64,000 bases of DNA, taken from positions 736,001 to 800,000 of the forward strand of contig CAWJWJ010000002.1 in the NCBI GenBank assembly GCA_963846575.1, given 5' to 3'. The position numbers were made by a program, and so were the translations under genes. Shown one piece after another: positions 30,260 through 40,456 of this stretch. Position 1 is the stretch's first letter, and each line of letters begins with the position of its first letter. The notes below the pieces were generated by a model. The model was not told where the DNA came from. It saw only the letters and a list, made by a program, of their open reading frames with translations, and made no database searches. This DNA is from an uncultured Nitrospiraceae bacterium (GTDB lineage Bacteria > Nitrospirota > Nitrospiria > Nitrospirales > Nitrospiraceae).

Positions 30260-30715
30260 ATGGCACTTGATGCAGATTTCGGCAGAACGATGCTCCAATT
30301 AATTACCTCGCGGTACGACGATCGCCATTGGAGAAAAAAAATCGAGAAGACGCTTAGCCTTCCTCATAGCGGGGTAGGCGATGCGAAACAGCAACAGGTG
30401 TTTATGTACCTGAAGTTGGAGCTCAAGGCATACAAATCGCGGCGGGCGGATCCTGACTCGTGGATCTTAGGCGGATATGCCACGAAGGAAGTGATCGATC
30501 GGGCGAAATTCCAGCCTAAGCTTCTTGGAGAAGGGCTTTCATCAGAGGATGTGTCCTTCCTGGGCGTTGATCCAGGACCAGAAATCGATGAGGCCTGGTG
30601 GGATGAGATGCTGGTGGCCTGGTTCGGAGCCCCAGAAGAGGAGGAACAGCCTGAAGCCAGCACGGACGAGACTCCTGCCCCAACCGACTCCGATAAAAAC
30701 CCCGCACGTATCTGA
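30260..30715 (+). CDS. Hypothetical protein with acidic tail
   Basis: 151-aa ORF with GAGAGG RBS and globular composition. Confidence 0.7.
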   Translation: MALDADFGRTMLQLITSRYDDRHWRKKIEKTLSLPHSGVGDAKQQQVFMYLKLELKAYKSRRADPDSWILGGYATKEVIDRAKFQPKLLGEGLSSEDVSFLGVDPGPEIDEAWWDEMLVAWFGAPEEEEQPEASTDETPAPTDSDKNPARI

Positions 30716-30728
30716 ATAGGCGGCTCCT

Positions 30729-30771
30729 TCGATCTGGCTGAGCTCGCTCAGGAGTCAAGCGGCCAGATCGA
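30729..30771. terminator. Inverted repeat between convergent genes
   Basis: TCGATCTGGCTG / CGGCCAGATCGA arms; no U-tract. Confidence 0.4.
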
Positions 30772-30782
30772 CGGTGGCTCCA

Positions 30783-31454
30783 CTAGGACCCGAATAAATC
30801 CATCTGTTGTGCTAACGAGGCAGGCGGCTCGCTTTGCGGCGCCGGGGTTGCGCTCGTCGCCGAGTTCTGTGGTGTCGCGGGGGTCTGGTTGTGCCGGTCA
30901 AGAAATTCCCTGAGCTTATGGAAATCTTCCCGCAATGGTTCCAGGAGGTTCGCTTGATGCAACGCGGCAGCGGGATGAAGCAGGGGAAAGAGCACGAACT
31001 CCTTCAGATAGAAGGCTTGCCCCCGCACCCTCGAGATGCCAACCTTCCGTTCCAGCAGAGTCTGTGTTGCCCAGTTGCCTAACGAACACACCAGTGTGGG
31101 TTTGATCGCGGCGATTTGTTGCAAGAGAAACGGTTTGCACGTCTCCACTTCCTGTGGATCGGGATCGCGGTTGTTCGGCGGTCGGCATTTGATGACATTG
31201 GCAATGTACACATCGGCACGCGACAGTCCGGCCGACTGCAATAATTCGTTGAGCAGTTGCCCCGCCGCGCCGACGAATGGTTCTCCCTTTTGATCTTCAT
31301 GAAAGCCGGGGGCTTCCCCCACGAACATGACCGATGCGCGAGGATTCCCGACGCCGAAGACCACCTGCCTGCGGCCCAGTTTGGCAAGCGGGCATCGCTG
31401 ACAATCGTGGAGCGAGTCGGAAAGTTCCTTGAGTGTAGTGAGGGGCTGAAACAT
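30783..31454 (-). CDS. Uracil-DNA glycosylase family 4 (Fe-S)
   Basis: CQRCPL, VGEAPG..ED..GEPFVG, KCRPP.NR, HPAAAL. Confidence 0.95.
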   Translation of the reverse strand: MFQPLTTLKELSDSLHDCQRCPLAKLGRRQVVFGVGNPRASVMFVGEAPGFHEDQKGEPFVGAAGQLLNELLQSAGLSRADVYIANVIKCRPPNNRDPDPQEVETCKPFLLQQIAAIKPTLVCSLGNWATQTLLERKVGISRVRGQAFYLKEFVLFPLLHPAAALHQANLLEPLREDFHKLREFLDRHNQTPATPQNSATSATPAPQSEPPASLAQQMDLFGS

Positions 31455-31482
31455 GAGAGGTACGGTTCAGATTGAATGTGGA

Positions 31483-31511
31483 ATCTTAGTCGCGGGTCAA
31501 GACCTTGTCAA
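31483..31511 (-). promoter_or_regulatory. Sigma70 promoter of the UDG gene
   Basis: TTGACA-N17-TAAGAT on the minus strand. Confidence 0.65.
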
Positions 31512-31574
31512 TGTCGCGGTAAGTGATCGTGATGTGGAGGGTCGAGGCGGCGGAGAGTCTTGCGCAGTCGGCGA

Positions 31575-32876
31575 TTATGCGGGGATGGCCTCGCCGCACC
31601 GTTGGCCACTGAGAATGGCGGACTCCAGGTTGGCCGGCCAGCCGGTATCGGTCCAATCGCCAGCCACCAAAAAATTGTGGAACGGGCTTCTCGGCAGCGG
31701 CCGACATTGTTGTGTCGCCGGTTTGGGTGTGAGATAGGCCTGGGGCTGTCGCATGACACCCGCTTCGATCAGGCGAGGGGCTGAGGGGGCGGGAAAGGCC
31801 GACTCTATATCTTTCAAGGCAAGATGGATCAGGGCGTCATTCGATTGCGCCATGAGTTCCGGAGCGTCCACGGCGAGGGCCCAGACCACGGAGGCCTGCT
31901 GGTGCCGTTCCCCATCCGGATGTCGGATCATGTAATGAAAGGAGTGTTGCTCAAGGAGCACAAGTTGTGTGTGGGTGACCTCCTGGTTGAGGTGCAGGCA
32001 CATCATCAGCAAGGGGGACTCGCTGAGACGACTGAGCTGCTGAAAATACGCGTAGTGGGTCACCACCCGTTCCGGCAAGAGAGGCGTGAGGTGCTGACGA
32101 GGTAATGCCGAAAGGTACCAATCGGCGGTGAGCTCGGTTCCTCCATTTGATGTTATTCGAGTGACGCGCTCCCGGTCGAAGTGGATCTGGGATACCGTGG
32201 TATTCATCCGGAACGTGACCCCCATCCTATCAAGCTGCGCCTTGAGCGGCGCGAGGAGAAATGAGTCAAGCCCCTGGGATGGAACAACCAGTTTCGTCGC
32301 CTTCGCACCGGTCAGAAAACATCGCCGTAGGGTTCGCATAAACAGACCTGCGGATACCCGTGAGAGCGGAGCCCCTAATAACAATCGGGCGAGGCAGTTC
32401 CAGACTCCTCCTCTGGCGTTCTCGGATTGGCCGATGCTGGCGAGCCAGTCGTCGGCCGTCCGCAGATCCAGATCGTTCGGCATGGGGGGATCTTGCTCCC
32501 ATGTCCGCTCAAGGAACGACAGCAGATGCCAGCGGTCTCGCATCGACAGTCCTTGAAACAAGGTGGTTCCAATCAAGGTATTGAGCGGAGAGGGTAATGG
32601 AAGGTGCAAGAACTGAGTGCGGGCGCCGTTGGATTGCAGAAACTCGAGCGGGGTATGTCGAAGACGGTGTGTGGCCACGTCATTGCTCAAGCGTTCGAGC
32701 AAAGACCAGGTGGCGTGGTGGGCTTCCAGCAGTAGTGGGGGAGGACCATGGTAGAGATGACCTCCTACGTGGTCGGTTTGTTCAATGACCGTCACGGAAT
32801 GGCCGCTGGCGCTCAGATGCAGAGCCGCTGTCAGACCGGCCATTCCTGCGCCGAGAATGAGGACCGTTCCGCTCAT
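31575..32876 (-). CDS. hpnE: Hydroxysqualene dehydroxylase HpnE-like FAD oxidoreductase
   Basis: GAGMAGL FAD motif and AGDWTDTGWPANLESAILSG; coupled to hpnD. Confidence 0.85.
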   Translation of the reverse strand: MSGTVLILGAGMAGLTAALHLSASGHSVTVIEQTDHVGGHLYHGPPPLLLEAHHATWSLLERLSNDVATHRLRHTPLEFLQSNGARTQFLHLPLPSPLNTLIGTTLFQGLSMRDRWHLLSFLERTWEQDPPMPNDLDLRTADDWLASIGQSENARGGVWNCLARLLLGAPLSRVSAGLFMRTLRRCFLTGAKATKLVVPSQGLDSFLLAPLKAQLDRMGVTFRMNTTVSQIHFDRERVTRITSNGGTELTADWYLSALPRQHLTPLLPERVVTHYAYFQQLSRLSESPLLMMCLHLNQEVTHTQLVLLEQHSFHYMIRHPDGERHQQASVVWALAVDAPELMAQSNDALIHLALKDIESAFPAPSAPRLIEAGVMRQPQAYLTPKPATQQCRPLPRSPFHNFLVAGDWTDTGWPANLESAILSGQRCGEAIPA

Positions 32877-33745
32877 GAAGTCGAAAAGGGCAGACGCGAC
32901 TGCAGCCACACGCTGGCGGCTACGGCCAGGCGATGGCTGGGGGACAGCGTGACCCGCTCACCCAACACGCGATACCCGGAGTCTTCGATGCGATGCAAAA
33001 TGCGGCTGTAGACACCCCGCATAATTTCCGCCACCGTCAAAGCTCGGCGCTCGACGCGAGGCAGCGATGCCAGGGCGCGTGCGGCTTTCGCGTAGAACTC
33101 CTGGGCACGTCCGACCTCAAATCGCATCAGATCCGTAAACTCCGGGGTATACCGTCGGCGCATGAGATCATCTTCCCGGTAACTGAAGCGGGTGAAATCT
33201 TCTTGCGGTAGATACACACGGCCGCATTCGGCATCGTTACCGAGGTCGCGAAGAATGTTGGTCAATTGAAACGCCATACCGAGGTTGACGGCGTAGTCCT
33301 GCGCGCGGGCCGACGTAGTCCCGAAGACGTGCAGGCAGATCAATCCCACGACCGACGCCACCCGATAACAATACAAAGACAACTCCTCAAACGTCTCGTA
33401 CCGTTTCGCGGTCAGGTCCATTTCGACGCCTTTAATCAGCTCCTCGAAGTACGCCTGCGGGATCGACAGCGCCCGGACGTGACGAGCCAGGCTGACGGTC
33501 ACGGGCAATGTCGGTGTTCCGTCATAGGCGGCGGCCAGTTCCCGACGCCAGCGGGCCAGCTCTTCTTGCGGGTGACTTCCCGGACGTGGCTCATCGACGG
33601 CATTATCCACCTCCTTGCAGAAAGCGTAGACCGTGTACATGGCCTCGCGGCGTGCCGTGGGAAGAAACAGAAATGAGTAGTAAAAGTTGCTGCCGCTCTT
33701 TTTGGTCAGAGTGGTGCAGTAGGCTTGCGCGTCAGTATGGGTCAT
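32873..33745 (-). CDS. hpnD: Presqualene diphosphate synthase HpnD
   Basis: SGSNFYYSFLFL, YCYRVASVVG, QLTNILRD...GRVYLP. Confidence 0.9.
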   Translation of the reverse strand: MTHTDAQAYCTTLTKKSGSNFYYSFLFLPTARREAMYTVYAFCKEVDNAVDEPRPGSHPQEELARWRRELAAAYDGTPTLPVTVSLARHVRALSIPQAYFEELIKGVEMDLTAKRYETFEELSLYCYRVASVVGLICLHVFGTTSARAQDYAVNLGMAFQLTNILRDLGNDAECGRVYLPQEDFTRFSYREDDLMRRRYTPEFTDLMRFEVGRAQEFYAKAARALASLPRVERRALTVAEIMRGVYSRILHRIEDSGYRVLGERVTLSPSHRLAVAASVWLQSRLPFSTS

Positions 33746-34674
33746 CGTGGCAGCGCCGCAGGCTTGTCGAGGCGCTCGACAGAGGCCGGAAGAAGATGGT
33801 CGACGTGGACCGGATGAAGTATGGCTGCTAACTGTTCTACGCCATCAATCAGGCGGGGACCGGGGCGGCTGAAGTACGCCAGGGCATCGACAAGAAAGAC
33901 TGCTCCGTTTCGGACGGCAGGCAAGGTCTTCCACTGCGGTCGATCCGTCATCGTTGCCAGTTCGGTTCTCGTACGCTCGATGGTGAATCCGCACGGCATG
34001 AGGATGATCACGTCAGGTGCGGCGGCGCAGAGCCTGTCCCAATCCACCTTGTGAGAGGCTGTACCGGCAGTCGCTAACACATCAATGCCTGCCGCGGCCT
34101 CCACCATGTCGGGAACCCAGTGGCCCGCAGTATAGAGCGGCGAGAGCCATTCAAGGCAGGCGACTCTGGGGCGTTGCGTTACAGAGGAGAGTCGGCTGCG
34201 CACGGTCTCAAGCCTTCGGCGCAGCTCCGTGACGAAACGTCGGCCTGCAGCTTCCCGTCCCAACGCCACGCTAAGTTTTTCGATCTCCTGAAGAACGTCC
34301 TCGAGTCGCTTGGGATTCAGTGTGACCAGAGATGGCCGTGGTGTACACCTGTGCAAGACATGATTCAGCTGCGTCGGGGTGATGGCGCAGACATCACACA
34401 GATCTTGCGCGATGATCAGGTCGGGCTGCGCCGCGAGCAGCTGCGGTTCGTCCAATTCGTATAAGCTTTCGCCTGCCGAAAGCAGGGTGCCGACCTGGTC
34501 ATCGATTTGTGCGCTCGACAGTCGACGGCTCTCCACTCGCGGGCGGACCATCACAGGAATGTCGCAGAGACCAAAGGGGTAATCACACTCATGGCTGATG
34601 CCAACGAGGTCGTTCTGGAGTCCCAAGGCCGCAACCACTTCCGTGGCTCCTGGTACGAGTGAGCAAATTTTCAT
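33742..34674 (-). CDS. BtuF/cobalamin-binding-like protein without signal peptide
   Basis: MKICSLVPGATE..LVGISHECDYP, QDLCDVCA, LEWL.P.YTAGHWVP, FSRPGPRL.DGVE. Confidence 0.85.
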   Translation of the reverse strand: MKICSLVPGATEVVAALGLQNDLVGISHECDYPFGLCDIPVMVRPRVESRRLSSAQIDDQVGTLLSAGESLYELDEPQLLAAQPDLIIAQDLCDVCAITPTQLNHVLHRCTPRPSLVTLNPKRLEDVLQEIEKLSVALGREAAGRRFVTELRRRLETVRSRLSSVTQRPRVACLEWLSPLYTAGHWVPDMVEAAAGIDVLATAGTASHKVDWDRLCAAAPDVIILMPCGFTIERTRTELATMTDRPQWKTLPAVRNGAVFLVDALAYFSRPGPRLIDGVEQLAAILHPVHVDHLLPASVERLDKPAALPR

Positions 34675-35378
34675 GTATGTCCTTGGGCCGTGCCCCACAA
34701 CTGTGACTGGAGGTCGGAGAGGCGGGTGTCGACCAGCGAATGGGTCATGCTGTCGGCTTCGCCGAGATCCTGCAGCGCATGGGTGTTGGCGACCGCCAGC
34801 ACCTTCATGCCGGCGGTGCGTGCGCCCCTTATGCCCGGCAAGGAATCTTCGATGACCAGGCAATCACCGGGAGTGAGTGAGAGGCGCTCGAATTGCTTGT
34901 TCAAACCGGCCATGGCATGAAGAAAAGGCTCAGGAGCCGGTTTACCATTGATGACGTCTTCCGCACTCGTGATCTGTCGAAATGCTTTGCGAAGATCTGC
35001 TTCCTCTAGAATCAATTCAATCTCGTGCCGTAGCGCGCCGGAGGCAATGGCGAGCGGGTAATGGTCTGCGGCGTCTCGGATGAGTTCCCGTACGCCGGGG
35101 AAAATGGCCAGGTGTTGCTTGACGGCGGTCAGGTAGGCCTGAGCTTTTTGGTCCATCAATCGGGTGAGGACGGCCGGAGACACCTCACGATGGTGCCGGT
35201 GCAATGCCGCCAGGAAACATCCGCGATCGTCAAAGCCAAGATAGTCAGCGTAGTACTCTTTTTCTGTGAGCGCGATATCGATGCCTGCCAGGACGTGCCG
35301 CAGGGCGGCGAAGTGGAGCGGCTCGGTGTCCGCAATGACTCCGTCGAAATCAAAGATAATGGCGCGTAACTCATTCAT
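34671..35378 (-). CDS. HAD-superfamily phosphatase (beta-PGM/CbbY-like)
   Basis: FDFDGV, GKPAPE, VIEDS..GI. Confidence 0.92.
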   Translation of the reverse strand: MNELRAIIFDFDGVIADTEPLHFAALRHVLAGIDIALTEKEYYADYLGFDDRGCFLAALHRHHREVSPAVLTRLMDQKAQAYLTAVKQHLAIFPGVRELIRDAADHYPLAIASGALRHEIELILEEADLRKAFRQITSAEDVINGKPAPEPFLHAMAGLNKQFERLSLTPGDCLVIEDSLPGIRGARTAGMKVLAVANTHALQDLGEADSMTHSLVDTRLSDLQSQLWGTAQGHT

Positions 35379-35447
35379 GATCGGGACTCATTCATCCTTA
35401 GGGCGTCGATCGTCAGATAGTGATCGGGTCGACTGTGTGGGCGCGGC

Positions 35448-35456
35448 ATTATATCA
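35448..35456 (-). promoter_or_regulatory. Extended -10 promoter of the HAD-hpnDE operon
   Basis: TG-A-TATAAT on the minus strand. Confidence 0.55.
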
Positions 35457-35469
35457 AGGGTAGGAGCAC

Positions 35470-35510
35470 AAAAAAAGCGACGGCCCACTCGATGAGAAAT
35501 GGGCCGTCGT
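35470..35510 (-). terminator. Intrinsic terminator downstream of the SH3-like gene
   Basis: GCGACGGCCCA / TGGGCCGTCGT stem next to A7. Confidence 0.8.
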
Positions 35511-35536
35511 AGGTCGGAACAGCAGAAGGGTGGGCG

Positions 35537-36232
35537 TTAGCGCTTCAGTCTCAAGCCTCGTTCCGGAATCCAGCCCTTGCGACCATCCTCGGTTCGTACG
35601 GAATAAACCCAGCCGGTTGTTTGGTAGTCTCCATCCAGGATGGTGAGCGTGGCGCTGGCTGGTACAGTGGTGCTGGTCTTTGTCCCGGCTGCGTCGATGA
35701 ACAGTGGCACAGGAGCATTGGTCCTGGTTTGATTGGGAATGACCGTCACTCGTTGTCCTTCGGAAAACTGCGGGCTGGTGACGTTCACGAACGCCGGCGG
35801 CGGTTTCACTGCGGATGCGGCGGGGTTTGCCACACTTGGTGGTTGCGGCTCCTGGTCGGGAACGCGTGAAGAACCTCTTTCGATGAGCTCAGGAGGGGCA
35901 ATCTTCGGAGTCGGTTCGGGGTTCGATGCCGTACCAGCTGCTGGTTGGGTAGTTCCGGTGTCAGTGTCGAGGTACGGCTCGATGAGCTGCATCGCGCCGT
36001 CGGGGTCCATCGCCACATAACCAACCCCTCCCAGAACCAGGATCAGCAGAATCCAGAGAAGAGGCCGGTTGCCGGATCGCTTGGGTGCATTCATCAGCGG
36101 CGGAGGGGGCGGAACCGCTTCGTCCAAGTCTTCCTCGGAGAACTCCAGGTCCGGTTCGGGCTGACGTGCGAACAGGAGCTGCCAGTACGTCCACTCACTG
36201 CTGAGCGTGGGACTGCCCGTTGTGGGAAACAT
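35537..36232 (-). CDS. Single-pass membrane protein with Pro-rich linker and C-terminal SH3-like domain
   Basis: TM segment [15 protein letters not shown] and C-terminal [26 protein letters not shown]. Confidence 0.75.
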   Translation of the reverse strand: MFPTTGSPTLSSEWTYWQLLFARQPEPDLEFSEEDLDEAVPPPPPLMNAPKRSGNRPLLWILLILVLGGVGYVAMDPDGAMQLIEPYLDTDTGTTQPAAGTASNPEPTPKIAPPELIERGSSRVPDQEPQPPSVANPAASAVKPPPAFVNVTSPQFSEGQRVTVIPNQTRTNAPVPLFIDAAGTKTSTTVPASATLTILDGDYQTTGWVYSVRTEDGRKGWIPERGLRLKR

Positions 36233-36520
36233 CGGAACCTCCTCATCGAACAAGGGGATGGTCTGAATCCTCCTAGGTACTTATCACTGCCCCTCCACCC
36301 TGTCAATTTTGTTCCAGAAAACGACGCCTTGTTTGGTTGTTTCCGACAGCGCGCTCGGTCATTGCTCGATTGGCCCTCAGGCTCAGGGAGTATTTCGAAC
36401 ATAGCTGTCTCAGGACCTGGATGCGGTGGATCGGCAGAGTGTCCTTCGTATGGGTGTGAGGGCTTGCAAGTTCGAACATCCTCGTTGCAGAATCGATCTC
36501 GACCCTGTTCCGGGAGTCTC

Positions 36521-36934
36521 ATGAAGGCCTATCGCGAAGAATTGTGGTTTGAAACACGGACGAGACGTGCCTATCTCAACATTACGGCCCAGGTGGACGC
36601 CGCCGTGCGCAAAAGCGGGGTGCGTGAAGGACTGGTCCTGGTAAATGCGATGCACATCACCGCCAGCGTCTATATCAATGACGACGAAGCGGGATTGCTG
36701 CACGATTACGAGACCGTCCTCGAGCGGCTTGTCCCGCAGGATGCGACCTATCGCCACAATGACACCGGCGAAGATAACGGCGATGCCCACATCAAGCGGC
36801 AACTCATGGGACGAGAAGTGGTGGTTGCCATCACGGACGGGAAGCTGGATTTTGGACCGTGGGAGCAAATTTTTTACGGAGAGTTTGATGGGCGGCGGCG
36901 CAAGCGCGTGTTGGTGAAGGTCATTGGTGAATGA
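36521..36934 (+). CDS. YjbQ/UPF0047 family protein
   Basis: [41 protein letters not shown]. Confidence 0.93.
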   Translation: MKAYREELWFETRTRRAYLNITAQVDAAVRKSGVREGLVLVNAMHITASVYINDDEAGLLHDYETVLERLVPQDATYRHNDTGEDNGDAHIKRQLMGREVVVAITDGKLDFGPWEQIFYGEFDGRRRKRVLVKVIGE

Positions 36935-37093
36935 CGGGTCGAAGGTGAGGCAGCAACCGCCTCGGGCCGTTCACGACTGGCCTCGACGAAGAACCGCAAC
37001 AGGCTTGCCACGTTCTGGAAAGTTTGGCAACATGGACAACAGAATGAACGGAAACCACATCGTACGAATTCGCACCAACGTGGGAGGCCGGCC

Positions 37094-38107
37094 ATGTTGA
37101 GTTGGTCGCGACCGGATCCGCTGACGAGAGACTTGATACATCTGATCAATGCGCGCCGTCATGATCACGGTGACACCGACGCCGCCATCGATACGTTGCA
37201 AGCCTTCATCGAGCAGGGACGCGAGCAGGATCTGTTGACGGTCCTGGCTGCTCTGGACGAGGAGATGGCAGAGTGGATGTTTGACCTGGTAGCGGAAGCC
37301 TCCTGCGCCGTCATCATGGACGGGCCGGACGATGAAAAAGGCGCCTATGCCCTGATGGCCGCCTTGGAATTGCCGCTCCAAGCCAATTTGGGGCAGCCCC
37401 TCGGGTTGAAGATTGATCCTGTGGCTACGGCGGATCTCCTTCACCGCCATCTTCAACTGCCGGCCGGAGTGGTCGTGCGAGTGGAGCCTCGACTGCTGAC
37501 CGACGCCACACTCGAAGGATTGACGCTCCAAACCTTAAATGAACACCTCGCGAGCATTGCCGATTCGCAACGCACCCAGGCGATTGCGTCTCGTCTGTAT
37601 CCTCCTGTGGAAAACACGGCGTTTCTCTTTTTTCAACTCATTGGGATGCCCGACCCGGGATTGCCGGATTCGCTGGAGGAACCGGAACGTCGGGCGTTGC
37701 TCGAAGGTCTGGTCGCGCAATGCGCAGAGTTGGCGCTGGCGCCGGATACCTTAGAGGTGCCGGTCTACGCCTCGTATGCGCTGTTCGACGCGCAGAACGC
37801 GGTGCGGCTTCACCGCCTGGCCGACGAAACCGCCGCGGTATGGCGCGATCTCGATCCCATGGTGCGCGCACGGACAATCGCCCATCTCCATACGCAATGT
37901 GGAAATGGAGTCTACATGCCTGTCTGGACGGATCTTTTCGACCCGGAATTGCCGGAGGAGCACGGTCCGGTGTGGACGTCGCCGGATGTGTGGGTGTTCA
38001 CGGCCGATCTGCCGATCGAATGGCCTGGGGAAATGCTCACGAATCGGCTATTGGCTGAAGGCTGCACACGTTTCGAAAATCATATCGTTGAAGCACCGGA
38101 AAACTAG
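37094..38107 (+). CDS. Hypothetical protein, acidic
   Basis: 337-aa ORF with GGAGG RBS; no motif recognised. Confidence 0.75.
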   Translation: MLSWSRPDPLTRDLIHLINARRHDHGDTDAAIDTLQAFIEQGREQDLLTVLAALDEEMAEWMFDLVAEASCAVIMDGPDDEKGAYALMAALELPLQANLGQPLGLKIDPVATADLLHRHLQLPAGVVVRVEPRLLTDATLEGLTLQTLNEHLASIADSQRTQAIASRLYPPVENTAFLFFQLIGMPDPGLPDSLEEPERRALLEGLVAQCAELALAPDTLEVPVYASYALFDAQNAVRLHRLADETAAVWRDLDPMVRARTIAHLHTQCGNGVYMPVWTDLFDPELPEEHGPVWTSPDVWVFTADLPIEWPGEMLTNRLLAEGCTRFENHIVEAPEN

Positions 38108-38248
38108 CCGGTTTCACAGGGTGCAGCAAACGCGGATCAGGGCTGTGGACTAGATGATCCGCCCGTCGACAGTGACGGGCCCCGTGCTGAAGGCTGCTTC
38201 GAAAATTCCCTGACGGAACGAGACCGATTCCTCACCTCAAGGAGTCCC

Positions 38249-38857
38249 TTGCCCGGTCCATCCCGACTCGGCGCCATCCTCATGGTCACAGGGTTGAGCT
38301 GCGTTGTGTTGGGCTCGGTGTGGGGATTCGTCATCCACTTGTTGCCGGAGAGCGACACTCTCACCTATTCGCCATCGCACTCATTGACAGTGCCCCCTCC
38401 GAGGCTCCCATCTTCTCCCCCGCTGAGCCTCATTGTTCCCGGGGTTCAAGACCCGGCCACTCCGCCGGTCACAGGCAGGGATGTGCCTGTCGCTCATACG
38501 GCTCCATCCGGGCGACTCGTGGGTGAGGGGGGTGGCCCTCCATTCCGCATGGACCTGAAGTGTTCAATGGAAATTGACAGTCTCTGTTCCGAGGACGACG
38601 GGGAACGGCCGCTTTGTCTGCAACGAAAAGCGACGCAATTATCTGCTCCCTGCCGACCGATCCTTCGTGAGCGGCTCGTCCGCATGAAAGAGACCATGCG
38701 ACAGATGCGGGCGGCCTGCGAGACGGACCGACTGCAGTATTGTCGCGAAGAGCCTCTGGGCGGAGGGGCGATTGTCCAATGTTTGGAATCTCACGCGCAG
38801 GAAGTCTCGGATCACTGTTTTCAGTTCTTGCCCAAACGTGGTCGGTTGTTGAACTGA
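38249..38857 (+). CDS. Membrane-anchored protein with two Cys-rich repeats
   Basis: TM helix, Pro-rich linker, then C..EIDSLC...CL...LSAPC and C..DRLQYC...IVQCLESH..VSDHC. Confidence 0.75.
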   Translation: MPGPSRLGAILMVTGLSCVVLGSVWGFVIHLLPESDTLTYSPSHSLTVPPPRLPSSPPLSLIVPGVQDPATPPVTGRDVPVAHTAPSGRLVGEGGGPPFRMDLKCSMEIDSLCSEDDGERPLCLQRKATQLSAPCRPILRERLVRMKETMRQMRAACETDRLQYCREEPLGGGAIVQCLESHAQEVSDHCFQFLPKRGRLLN

Positions 38858-38888
38858 TCCTCCCAGTAGTCGACCCCTACGGTAAGTG

Positions 38889-39602
38889 CTATTTCAGGGC
38901 GCGTTCGAGAAACCGTAGGGTGATGCCTGCCACTTCGACGACATCTCCGTTCAGCAGTCTGTGTTCACCCAGAACGGGCCGGCCGTTGACCCTGATGCGC
39001 TTCCCGCTATCCGTCGGACTTACCACATAGCCATCCCCGCGACGGCCGATAACGGCTGCAGTTTTTGGCGCGAACCACCCAGTGAGCCGGATTACCGCAT
39101 CGTCCTGGGCTCCGATCAGGGAGAGGTGTTTGGCGAGTCGATAGTGAGGCTGGTTCGTTTTGCCGGAAAGAATTTCTATCAGGCCGACCTTCTGGTGGGT
39201 CTCCCGGCGTGCGCTCGCATGCGAGTCCGACACGATCACGGTCTGATCGCTGATCAGCAACTCGCTTGCCGGTGCGGGCTCCAGCGGGCTCAGGTGATTA
39301 TCGCGAAAAATTAAGCGATGGTCGCCGATGCGGACGCTATCGGCATCCTGGAGTTGTCGCCGGTCGATCTTCCGTTCATTGATGAAAGTGCCGTTCGTGC
39401 TGTTAAGATCCTCAAGGAACAGGACTTCTTGTATCTGCGCGATGCGTGCATGATGCCCGGAAACGGCACCGTCCTCCAGGCAGAGGTCATTGTCGGCCTT
39501 GCGCCCGATGGTGAAGGGTGTGCGTGAGACTTCGATTTCCTTTGTCCCTCCTTGCGGCGCCTTCACAAGTAGCATCGGCAATGGGGCTTGGTTCTGGGAC
39601 AT
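38889..39602 (-). CDS. Tandem FHA-domain protein
   Basis: FHA1 has IGR..VSGHHA..DLNSTNGT; the second FHA is degenerate. Confidence 0.9.
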   Translation of the reverse strand: MSQNQAPLPMLLVKAPQGGTKEIEVSRTPFTIGRKADNDLCLEDGAVSGHHARIAQIQEVLFLEDLNSTNGTFINERKIDRRQLQDADSVRIGDHRLIFRDNHLSPLEPAPASELLISDQTVIVSDSHASARRETHQKVGLIEILSGKTNQPHYRLAKHLSLIGAQDDAVIRLTGWFAPKTAAVIGRRGDGYVVSPTDSGKRIRVNGRPVLGEHRLLNGDVVEVAGITLRFLERALK

Positions 39603-39611
39603 GGTCGCTCC

Positions 39612-40448
39612 TTATTGTGAGCCGGTGGGTGGCCCCGCGAACAGCCGGGCACGAATGCCATTCCATATCCCCGGCTTGCTCCGAGTGAGAGTGGTGACGA
39701 TGACGGTCGTATTGTCGGTTCCACCGGCGGCATTCGAGAGAGCGACGAGACGGTCGGAAACGGCCTGTGGGTCGCGGGATTCCTGAATGGTGCGAAGAAT
39801 GGTGTCTGCCGAAACTGCGCCAGTCAGGCCATCCGAGCAGAGCAGTAGGACATCGCGGTCCAACACCGGAAGTTCGGCCAATTCGACATCCACCGTGGCA
39901 TGGACTCCGACCGCACGGGTGAGTACATGTCTGTGCGGGGCATACGAGGCGTCGTCAGCACCCAGTAGTCCAGATTGCACTTGCGCGCTCACCAGCGAAT
40001 GGTCGACGGTGAGCCCGTGCAGCGCCTGATTTCGAGCCAGATAGAGGCGGCTATCCCCTACGTGAGCGATCGACAGAACAGACCCCACTAACCAGACGGC
40101 GACGACCGTGGTGCCCATTCCGCTGTGCTCCGCGTGATCGGTGGCTTCCTGATGGATCCTGTGATTGGCCAGCCGGATGGCGCTGGCCAATCGGTTGGTT
40201 GCGGCGGAAAACTCAGGACGCGCGACGCCCATCAGCGGAAGAAGGGTTTCCGTGTCGGCCTCCGCGAGGTGGCGGGGAATGGTCTCAATCGCATGGCTGC
40301 TGGCAATGTCACCTCCCCGATGTCCGCCCATTCCATCACAGACGATAAACAGGCCTGTGGCGGAATCCGCATGGAACCGATCCTCATTGCACCGGCGCGT
40401 GAGGCCGATATCTGAAGTGGCTCCATATCTGACCTGCAAGGGGTGCAT
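39612..40448 (-). CDS. PP2C/Stp1-family Ser/Thr phosphatase
   Basis: NED, CDGMGGH, HVGDSRLY, LLCSDGL, GGTDN. Confidence 0.93.
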   Translation of the reverse strand: MHPLQVRYGATSDIGLTRRCNEDRFHADSATGLFIVCDGMGGHRGGDIASSHAIETIPRHLAEADTETLLPLMGVARPEFSAATNRLASAIRLANHRIHQEATDHAEHSGMGTTVVAVWLVGSVLSIAHVGDSRLYLARNQALHGLTVDHSLVSAQVQSGLLGADDASYAPHRHVLTRAVGVHATVDVELAELPVLDRDVLLLCSDGLTGAVSADTILRTIQESRDPQAVSDRLVALSNAAGGTDNTTVIVTTLTRSKPGIWNGIRARLFAGPPTGSQ

Positions 40449-40456
40449 GGCTGGTG

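Noticed and set aside
35945..36520. 329-aa version of YjbQ
   Set aside because: The extension is antisense to the SH3-like gene; the family domain starts at 36521.
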